Source of the DNA: Lentisphaeria bacterium
GTDB lineage: Bacteria > Verrucomicrobiota > Lentisphaeria > JABSQK01 > JAWLHB01
Assembly (NCBI GenBank): GCA_041690595.1
Contig: JAWLHB010000009.1
Coordinates: 62,001-126,000, forward strand
Direction of reading: 5' to 3'
Length of the DNA stretch: 64,000 bases
Of the stretch, positions 9,611 through 17,115 are shown one piece after another; the first letter of the stretch is position 1, and each line of letters begins with the position of its first letter. Both the position numbers and the translations under genes were made by a program. The notes under the pieces were generated by a model, which worked only from the letters and a program-made list of their open reading frames with translations, was not told the origin of the DNA and searched no databases.

Positions 9611-11254
9611 TTAGCCGAGAATGGCCTTGAGATCCTCCTCGGGCGTGCCGATGGGTTTGATCTGGAAGGTCGTCACCAGCACGTTCAGCACGGCCGGCGT
9701 GACAAAGGCGGGCAGTGTCGGCCCAAGGCGGATATCCTTGATACCAAGCCACAGCAGGGTCAGCAGGATCGCCACCGCCTTCTGTTCGTACCACGAAAGC
9801 ACCATCGATAGCGGCAGGTCATTCACCCCGCACTTGAACGCATCCGCCAACGCCGAGGCAATCTTGATCGCCGAGTAGGCATCGTTGCACTGACCAACGT
9901 CCAGCAGACGCGGGATACCGCCGATGTCACCGAAGTCGAGCTTGTTGAAGCGGAACTTGCCGCAAGCCAGCGTCAGGATGACGCAGTCATCCGGCACCTG
10001 CTCCGCGAACTCCGTGTAGTAGCTCCGTCCCGGCTTGGCGCCATCGCATCCGCCCACCAGGAAGAAGTGCCGAATGGCGCCGCTCTTGACCGCTTCGATA
10101 ACCTTGTCGGCAACCCCCAGCGTCGCGTGATGGCCGAAGCCGATCATGATCGTCCTGGCCTCCTCATCCGCGGCAAAACCTTCTTCCGCCAGAGCAGCAT
10201 CGATGACCGGCTTGAAGTTGCCGTTGGCCACATGCTTGACGCCGGGCCACTCCACCATGCCCGTGGTGAAGATGCGCGCCTGGTATTCGCTCCGCGGCTT
10301 CTGGATGCAGTTGGTCGTCATCAGAATCGCCCCGGGGAACTCCTGGAACTCTTTCGCCTGTTTCTGCCACGCACCACCATAGTTGCCGATGAGATGGGGG
10401 TACTTCTTCAGCTCGGGATAAGCCAGCGCCGGAAGCATTTCACCATGGGTGTACACGTTGACGCCGGTCCCGACCGTCTGCTCCAGCAGCTCCTTCAGAT
10501 CCCGCAGATCATGGCCGGAGACGAGGATGGCCTTGCCCTTGACGGCGGAGATGCGCGCCGCCGTGGGTTGGGGATGGCCGAACTCGTCGTTGTGCGCCTG
10601 GTCGAGAAGCTCCATCACCTTGTAGTTCAGTTCCCCCGCCTTGAGACACCAGCCGAGGAGGTCGTCCACGCTCGGGGCCGGATCGGCCAGGAAGGCCATC
10701 GCATCATGCAGGGTGCTGTAGATCTCGTCGCTTTCGTAGCCCAGGCGATAGGCATGGTGGGCATAGGCGGCAAGCCCCTTCAGACCATAGGCGAGCATTT
10801 CCTGCAAGCCCGTGACATCCTCGCCCAGCTTCTTCAGGCGAGTCTCGATGGAGAGTAGCCGTGCGTCCGCCAGGGTGATGTCCATGTCGGCTTCGTAGGT
10901 GAACTCCGCCGGGCCGGTGATCAGCGCGGGCTTGGCGCCGGCGCCGGCCGCTGCCTCCGTATACAGGATCCTGGCCTTGTCCCGAACCACGGTCGCGCCC
11001 TTCACCATGTTGTGGATCGTCTCCGCGTCAAAATTGACGTTGGTGACCGTCGTGAAGAGGGCGTCCAGGACGAAATGATCCACATCCCGATCGTGGGCGC
11101 CGAAGGCCCCCGCCGCGGAAGCGTACTGCGAGATGCCGACGGCCGCATGAAAGAGCAGGTCCTGCAGCTCCGCGGTAGGTTCGTCTTTCCCGCAAACGCC
11201 AATGGTGGTGCAGGCTTCGCCGCCCCGGGTTTGTTCACACTGATAGCAATACAT
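9611..11254 (-). CDS. hcp: Hybrid cluster protein (hydroxylamine reductase / NO detoxification), class I spacing
   Basis: MYCYQCEQT...C-x5-CGK (C-x2-C-x8-C-x5-C), ILVSGHDL, YTHGEMLPA, MTTNC, VGGCDG, GQCNDAY, LSWYEQKAV. Confidence 0.97.
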   Translation of the reverse strand: MYCYQCEQTRGGEACTTIGVCGKDEPTAELQDLLFHAAVGISQYASAAGAFGAHDRDVDHFVLDALFTTVTNVNFDAETIHNMVKGATVVRDKARILYTEAAAGAGAKPALITGPAEFTYEADMDITLADARLLSIETRLKKLGEDVTGLQEMLAYGLKGLAAYAHHAYRLGYESDEIYSTLHDAMAFLADPAPSVDDLLGWCLKAGELNYKVMELLDQAHNDEFGHPQPTAARISAVKGKAILVSGHDLRDLKELLEQTVGTGVNVYTHGEMLPALAYPELKKYPHLIGNYGGAWQKQAKEFQEFPGAILMTTNCIQKPRSEYQARIFTTGMVEWPGVKHVANGNFKPVIDAALAEEGFAADEEARTIMIGFGHHATLGVADKVIEAVKSGAIRHFFLVGGCDGAKPGRSYYTEFAEQVPDDCVILTLACGKFRFNKLDFGDIGGIPRLLDVGQCNDAYSAIKIASALADAFKCGVNDLPLSMVLSWYEQKAVAILLTLLWLGIKDIRLGPTLPAFVTPAVLNVLVTTFQIKPIGTPEEDLKAILG

Positions 11255-11288
11255 CGTTTTTTTTACCCTTCAGGTTTTTGGTAATCGT

Positions 11289-12044
11289 TCACGGACAGGT
11301 GGTGGAAAATGCGGGTGCGTTCAGCTCACCGGCCGAATCACCCTTGACATCGCCGCGAATGCCGATCACGACAGTTCGCAGCTCGAGTTCACTGGAAGCT
11401 TCCAGCAGCGCCAGGCGCGCCACCTGCGCCAACCCCGTGCAGCAGGGAACTTCCATATGCGCAACCGTCAGGCTGCGCGGCGCGGCGGTCTGGATGATTT
11501 CCGCCAGCTTCGTCACATAGCTGCGTGCATCGTCCAGTTTCGGGCAACCGATGACCACCGGCTGACCCTTGAGCAGATTGCCGTGAAAGCCCGCGTAGGC
11601 GACCGGCACACAGTCGGCCACCAGCAGCAGATCGGCCCCACGCAGATACGGCGCCTGGGGCGAAAGCAACGTCAGCTGCACCGGCCAGGTCGCCAGTTGC
11701 GAGACCGCGCCGCCGCCGGTTGCCTCAACGGGCGGAGCCGGCCGCTGGAACTGCTGCATGCGGTTCCCGGGGCACCCCGCATGGACCGGAGGCGCAGGTG
11801 CCTTGGGTGCCAGATGCGCCGCGACCGCCGCTTCATCGAAGGCATCCGCCTCTCGCTCGATGATGCGAATGGCACCTTCGGGGCATTCCCCCAGGCAGGC
11901 GCCTAACCCATCACACAGATTCTCCGCCAGGAGCTTCGCCTTGCCATTGACAATTCGGATGGCCCCTTCGGCGCAATTTGGAACGCAGAGGCCGCAGCCG
12001 TTGCAGCGTTCCTCGTCTATCTCGACAATCTTACGCGTTCCCAT
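11289..12044 (-). CDS. 2x[4Fe-4S] ferredoxin-domain protein with C-terminal Fe-S oxidoreductase-like domain (hcp-associated)
   Basis: CNGCGLCVPNC and CDGLGACLGEC; GCPG, WPVQL, ADC, GCPKLDD, MEVPCC; GGAG RBS before ATG 12044. Confidence 0.85.
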   Translation of the reverse strand: MGTRKIVEIDEERCNGCGLCVPNCAEGAIRIVNGKAKLLAENLCDGLGACLGECPEGAIRIIEREADAFDEAAVAAHLAPKAPAPPVHAGCPGNRMQQFQRPAPPVEATGGGAVSQLATWPVQLTLLSPQAPYLRGADLLLVADCVPVAYAGFHGNLLKGQPVVIGCPKLDDARSYVTKLAEIIQTAAPRSLTVAHMEVPCCTGLAQVARLALLEASSELELRTVVIGIRGDVKGDSAGELNAPAFSTTCP

Positions 12045-12471
12045 ATTGCAGATCTCCAAGCTTCATGCTTTCCGCCAGGGTGGCAAGCGTTGTCTGCCCG
12101 AACTCCTGCCGGATCAGGTGGTGTACCTTGACGACAAGCCCTCCCAGCAGGCATCCTTCCGATACGCATTGCCCCTTACCAAGCAGGCAACCGGCCTTGC
12201 CGATCGGGCCGTCAACCGCCTCGAAAATCTCCAGCACCGTCACCTCCTCCGGAGAACGCGCCAAGGTGAACCCCCCCGTAGGGCCGCGTTGCGATTCAAC
12301 CAGCTGCGCTCGGTTCAGCCGTTGCATCACCTTCGCCAGGCTGTGCTCAGACGCATCCAGAAGTTCCGCCATCTGCTGGTTCGAAAAGCGCTGCTTCTGA
12401 TGGCGCGCCAGCAGCGACATGGTGTGCATCGCCAGGGATGCCGCTTCGGATATTCGCAAGAGATGGTTCAT
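12031..12471 (-). CDS. Rrf2-family transcriptional regulator (NsrR/IscR-like, three Cys)
   Basis: LVESQRGPTGGFTLARSPEEVTVLEIFEAVDG; C-x6-C-x4-C. Confidence 0.92.
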   Translation of the reverse strand: MNHLLRISEAASLAMHTMSLLARHQKQRFSNQQMAELLDASEHSLAKVMQRLNRAQLVESQRGPTGGFTLARSPEEVTVLEIFEAVDGPIGKAGCLLGKGQCVSEGCLLGGLVVKVHHLIRQEFGQTTLATLAESMKLGDLQYGNA

Positions 12472-12496
12472 GCTCGTAAATCCTATTGTTGAGAAA

Positions 12497-12575
12497 TCGG
12501 TACTACATTACCTCTATAAAATCCGACCTTCAAGTGCAATTCGGTACTTTTTTACCAAAATATAAAACCCGACCT
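12497..12575. promoter_or_regulatory. Tandem candidate Rrf2 operators overlapping a minus-strand promoter
   Basis: Two copies 44 bp apart, each with a GGTA-N6-TACC palindrome followed by TATAAAA-x-CCGACCT; TTGAAG-N17-TAATGT on the minus strand overlaps copy 1. Confidence 0.6.
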
Positions 12576-12691
12576 CCCTCCCAGCCCAAAAATCAATGCC
12601 GACTTGCATTATGTACGTGACCGGGGCTGTGGTATGTTAAAGCAGTGTCGTTACCCGTTCATCCTTTGCGGCCGGTGGTCTGTCGCCCGAC

Positions 12692-13408
12692 ATGAAAAAA
12701 CAACTCCTGCTGGACATGCTGTGGCAGCCTGATGAAGAGAGCTGTGGTCCGACTTGCCTGCATTCGGTCTATCGCTACTACGGCGAGAACTGGTCGCTGG
12801 CCGAGATCTCGGCGGCTGTCCCCAGGCTCGACACCGGCGGCACCCTCGCCGTCATGCTCGGCTGCGACGCCCTCACCCGTGGCTTTCGTGCCTTGATCTA
12901 TACCTACAATCTCCTCGTCTATGACCCGACATGGTTCGCCGAAGGGGCAAACATCAATCTCGAGGAGAAGCTTGCCGCGCAATCGGCCTCGCGCAACGAT
13001 GGACGGCTCCGCGTGGCAAGCGAAGCGTACCGGCGTTTTGTGCAGCTCGGCGGCACCATCCGTATGGCCGACCTGACCAGCAAACTCATCCGCCGCTACC
13101 TCGATGCGGACATCCCCATCATCGCCGGTCTCAGCGCCACCTGGCTCTACCGCTCCTGCCGTGAACGCCACGGTACCGTCATCGACGACGATATCGGCGG
13201 GGTCCCCGCGGGCCATTTCACCGTCCTCAGTGGCTATGACCGAAAGGAGCGGACCGTCACCGTGGCGGATCCTTACATGAGCAATCCATCGCGCACCGCC
13301 ATCTACCACGTCGCCATCGACCGGCTGGTCTGCGCAATCCTGCTCGGCATCGTCACCTACGATGCAAACCTGCTTATCATCGAACCCAAGCGGAGAAAAT
13401 CTGAATGA
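12692..13408 (+). CDS. Papain-like C39-family peptidase-like protein
   Basis: QPDEESCGPTCL (oxyanion Gln, catalytic Cys), GHFTVLSGYD (His), VADPY (Asp). Confidence 0.8.
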   Translation: MKKQLLLDMLWQPDEESCGPTCLHSVYRYYGENWSLAEISAAVPRLDTGGTLAVMLGCDALTRGFRALIYTYNLLVYDPTWFAEGANINLEEKLAAQSASRNDGRLRVASEAYRRFVQLGGTIRMADLTSKLIRRYLDADIPIIAGLSATWLYRSCRERHGTVIDDDIGGVPAGHFTVLSGYDRKERTVTVADPYMSNPSRTAIYHVAIDRLVCAILLGIVTYDANLLIIEPKRRKSE

Positions 13409-14871
13409 ATGCCCTGATCGTAGTCAACAATCCGGACGACTGGGGCTTTGACATACCAGGTGTCGAAGTAGTGCGCGCCAAGGATTATGTCACCCACCCC
13501 GAATACAGCGACCGCCGCAACCTGCGCGTCTACAATCTCTGCCGATCCTACCGCTACCAGGCGCTCGGCTACTACGTCTCCCTGCTCGCGGAAGCCCGCG
13601 GCCACAAGGCCATTCCCGATATCGCCGCCATCCAGGACATCAAGAGCCAGACCGTTATCCGGCTCGCCAGCAACGAGTTCGACGACCTCATCCAGAAGAG
13701 CCTCGCGCCCCTGAAGTCCGAGCGCTTCACCCTCAGCATCTACTTCGGGCGAAATACCGCCAAGCGCCACGACCGGCTGTCGACCTACCTCTTCAACATG
13801 TTTCAGGCCCCCTTCCTGCGCGCCGAGTTCGTCTTCCACGACAAGTGGCAGCTGCAGAATGTCGAGCCGATCGCCGCCAGTGATATTCCCGAACAACACA
13901 AGGAATTCGCCAGCGAGCAGGTCCGCGAACACTTCGCCGGCCGCCGCACCTCCACCCCCCGCCGAAAGCGCTATCGCTACGACATGGCCATCCTCCACAA
14001 CCCAGAGGAACAGGAACCGCCCTCCAACGCCAAGGCCCTCCAGCGATTCACCCGCGCCGCCGAAGAACTTGCCATTTCCGCGGAACTGATCACCCGGGAA
14101 GATTACGGTCGCGTCGCCGAGTTCGATGCACTCTTCATCCGCGAAACGACCAATGTCAACCACCATACCTATCGCTTCGCCCGCCGCGCCGAGGCCGAGG
14201 GACTGGTCGTCATCGACGATCCCCTCTCCATCCTCCGCTGCACCAACAAGGTCTTCCTCGCCGAGCTGCTCGACCGGCACAAGGTCGCCACGCCCCGCAC
14301 CACCATCATCCACAAGGACAACCTCAAGGAGATGGCCGCCACCCTCGACCTCCCCTGCATCCTCAAGCAGCCCGACAGCTCCTTCTCTCAGGGCGTCATC
14401 AAGGTCGAAACCCGCGAAGCCCTCCGCACCGAAGCGGAACGCCTCCTCCAGCGCAGCGCCCTCCTCATCGCCCAGGAGTTCCTGCCTACCACCTTCGACT
14501 GGCGCATCGGCCTCTTCGAGGGACGCCCCCTCTATGCGTGCAAGTACCACATGGCCAGCAAGCACTGGCAGATCATCGCTCGCGATCACGAAGGCAATCC
14601 CCGTTACGGCCGCTTCGATACCATTCCCGTCGAGATCGCCCCAGCCAACGTCGTGCGCCTCGCCGTCAAAGCCGGCAACCTCATCGGCAACGGCCTCTAC
14701 GGCGTCGACGTCAAGGAGGTCAACGGCAGCGCCTACATCATCGAAGTCAACGACAATCCCAATATCGACTCCGGCGTCGAAGACGCCATGCTCAAGGACG
14801 AACTCTACCGACGCATCATGGAAGGATTCCTCCGCCGCATCGAACACAACAAGGCGGGTAATTCCCGATGA
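13405..14871 (+). CDS. RimK-family ATP-grasp peptide ligase with N-terminal RLAN-like domain
   Basis: VYNLCRSYRYQALGYYVSLLAEARGH; LKQPDSSFSQGV, QEFLPTTFDWRIG, LYGVDVKE, IIEVNDNPNID. Confidence 0.9.
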   Translation: MNALIVVNNPDDWGFDIPGVEVVRAKDYVTHPEYSDRRNLRVYNLCRSYRYQALGYYVSLLAEARGHKAIPDIAAIQDIKSQTVIRLASNEFDDLIQKSLAPLKSERFTLSIYFGRNTAKRHDRLSTYLFNMFQAPFLRAEFVFHDKWQLQNVEPIAASDIPEQHKEFASEQVREHFAGRRTSTPRRKRYRYDMAILHNPEEQEPPSNAKALQRFTRAAEELAISAELITREDYGRVAEFDALFIRETTNVNHHTYRFARRAEAEGLVVIDDPLSILRCTNKVFLAELLDRHKVATPRTTIIHKDNLKEMAATLDLPCILKQPDSSFSQGVIKVETREALRTEAERLLQRSALLIAQEFLPTTFDWRIGLFEGRPLYACKYHMASKHWQIIARDHEGNPRYGRFDTIPVEIAPANVVRLAVKAGNLIGNGLYGVDVKEVNGSAYIIEVNDNPNIDSGVEDAMLKDELYRRIMEGFLRRIEHNKAGNSR

Positions 14872-16100
14872 GTGAGACCATCGCTCCATGGCGCCTCTTC
14901 GATGTCTACGGCATCGAGCTGGAATACATGATCGTCGACCGCGACTCCCTCGCCGTCAAACCCATTACCGACGAGATCCTCCGCGATCTCGCCGGCGAGT
15001 ATGCCTCCGAAGTGGAACGCGGCGACATCGCCTGGTCCAATGAACTGGTGCTCCATGTCCTCGAATTCAAAACCAACGGCCCCGCCGCCAGCCTCGCCGG
15101 TCTGGCCGAACGCTTCCAGGAGAATATCCGCGAAGCCAACCGCCTTCTGGCCCCGCGCCGGGCACGACTTCTGCCCACGGCCGCCCATCCCTGGATGGAT
15201 CCACATCGCGAGACCCGCCTCTGGCCCCACGAGAACTCTCCCATCTATGACGCTTTCAATCGTATCTTCGACTGCCGCGGCCACGGATGGAGCAACCTCC
15301 AGAGCCTCCATATCAATCTCCCCTTTGACGGCGACGACGAGTTCGGCCGCCTCCATGCCGCGATACGCTTTCTCCTGCCACTGATGCCCGCCCTTGCCGC
15401 CAGCTCCCCACTTCTCGACGGCAAGCCCACCGGCCTCCTCGACAGCCGCCTGGAAACCTATCGGCACAACTGCCGCCGTATTCCCCAGGCAACCGCTGCC
15501 GTCGTTCCCGAAGCTGCCTACTCCCGTGACGAGTATCAGCGCATGGTCCTCGATCCCCTCTACGCCGCCATCGCCCCGCACGACCCCGACAACATTCTCC
15601 AGGAAGAATGGCTCAACGCCCGCGGCGCCATCGCCCGCTTCACCCGCGGCTCCATCGAGATCCGCGTCCTCGACCTTCAGGAGTGCCCCCAAGCCGACCT
15701 CGCCGTCGCCGGAGCCATCTGCGGCATCCTCGAACGCCTTGCCGACGGCAGCATCATGCCTCACCCCCTCCTGCGCCAATGGCCCACCGAACGGCTCGCC
15801 AACCTCCTCCTTCGAACCATTCGCGATGCCGATCTCGCCCTCATCGAGGATGCCGACTACCTCGCCGCCTGGGGCCTGCCACCCAATCCCATCACCGCCC
15901 GCGAACTCTGGCAGCACCTGGCTGACCGGTGGCTCGTCCAGATGCCCTATCGCGCGGCCCTCGACATCATCCTTCACGAAGGCGTGCTCGGCCGCCGCAT
16001 CCTGGCCGCACTCGGCGACTCATTCGACTCACACACACTTCAGGCACTCTATGGCCGCCTTGCGGATGCCCTGGAAAACGGAGAACTCTTCCATGCCTGA
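14868..16100 (+). CDS. Glutamate-cysteine ligase family 2 (GCS2) carboxylate-amine ligase
   Basis: YGIELEYMIVD, WSNELVLHVLEFKT, NLQSLHINL, ALAASSP, SIEIRVLD. Confidence 0.88.
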   Translation: MSETIAPWRLFDVYGIELEYMIVDRDSLAVKPITDEILRDLAGEYASEVERGDIAWSNELVLHVLEFKTNGPAASLAGLAERFQENIREANRLLAPRRARLLPTAAHPWMDPHRETRLWPHENSPIYDAFNRIFDCRGHGWSNLQSLHINLPFDGDDEFGRLHAAIRFLLPLMPALAASSPLLDGKPTGLLDSRLETYRHNCRRIPQATAAVVPEAAYSRDEYQRMVLDPLYAAIAPHDPDNILQEEWLNARGAIARFTRGSIEIRVLDLQECPQADLAVAGAICGILERLADGSIMPHPLLRQWPTERLANLLLRTIRDADLALIEDADYLAAWGLPPNPITARELWQHLADRWLVQMPYRAALDIILHEGVLGRRILAALGDSFDSHTLQALYGRLADALENGELFHA

Positions 16101-16809
16101 ATTCTGGCAATATCTCGTCACCTGCGAACACGCCGACAACCAGGTCCCCCCAGACTATCATTCCCTCTTCGCCGGCGCCGAAAAGCTCCTCCAGTCCCAC
16201 CGCGGTTACGATCCCGGCGCCCTCCTCCTCACCCGATCCCTCGCCGACAGCGTCGCCGTCAAACCCATCTATGCCGAGATCACCCGCCTCCTCATCGACA
16301 TCAATCGCTCTCAGCAGAATCCTCAGCGCTTCTCGGAATTCTCCCTCAAGCTGCCCAAGACCGAACTGAAGCGCCTGCACAGCGAGCTGCACGTCCCCTA
16401 CTGGCGCAGAGTCGAAAACTGCATCCGCGCCGCCAATGAACAGGGCCGCCCCATGCTCCACCTCTCCGTCCATACCTTCACCCCGGTACTCGATGGCGAA
16501 ACGCGCGACGCTGACATCGGCATCCTCTTCGACCCCTCGCGACCCGCCGAAAGCGTCCTCGCCCAAACCTGGCTCGACCTCATCCGCAAAGCCGACCCCT
16601 CCCTTCGCTGCCGACTCAACTATCCCTACCTCGGCACCGACGATGGCCTCACCACCGGTATGCGCAAGCACTTCGCCGATGACGAATATGCCGGCCTCGA
16701 ACTCGAGCTCAACCAAGCCATCGCCGCCGAAGAAGGAACCCTCCGGCGCCGCGTCCACGCCATCCTCCGCACCTCCTTCACCCAAGCCTGCCAGCACGCC
16801 CTCCCCTGA
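16093..16809 (+). CDS. N-formylglutamate amidohydrolase family protein
   Basis: LVTCEHADN, SHRGYDPGA, TRLLIDINR, HLSVHTFTP, NYPY, LELELNQ; ATG 16093 overlaps the upstream stop. Confidence 0.88.
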   Translation: MPEFWQYLVTCEHADNQVPPDYHSLFAGAEKLLQSHRGYDPGALLLTRSLADSVAVKPIYAEITRLLIDINRSQQNPQRFSEFSLKLPKTELKRLHSELHVPYWRRVENCIRAANEQGRPMLHLSVHTFTPVLDGETRDADIGILFDPSRPAESVLAQTWLDLIRKADPSLRCRLNYPYLGTDDGLTTGMRKHFADDEYAGLELELNQAIAAEEGTLRRRVHAILRTSFTQACQHALP

Positions 16810-16992
16810 ACCACCATGGAGCAGGACGTGCTGACAACGCCAGTACCGCGTGGCGGAAGTCTTTCCGCGCTTAGCAGCACGGCTGGGGACCTCGCTCCGT
16901 TGTACGCCTCAGCCTGCGGACAGGTACTTCCACCCACGGCACACCAGAGGATTTTGATTATCATACTTCCTCCCTCGCGCAACGCGCAAGAA

Positions 16993-17093
16993 ATGCCCTG
17001 ACGGGGCATCGTCCCATAGCCCAGGGTTGTCCCGCCATAGGGCGGGGCTACCCTGGGTATCCTGCCCACCACCCATCAACCCTGAAAGGGTTG
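16993..17093. repeat. REP-like composite palindromic element (three hairpins) between convergent genes
   Basis: atgccc-tgacg-gggcat; cccagggt...cccgcc-atag-ggcggg...accctggg; caaccct-gaa-agggttg. Confidence 0.65.
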
Positions 17094-17115
17094 CGTCCAC
17101 CGCATCATGTACCAG

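Noticed and set aside
15394..16092. N-terminal extension of the 471-aa ORF
   Set aside because: Overlaps the GCS2 gene in another frame; amidohydrolase homology starts at ATG 16093.
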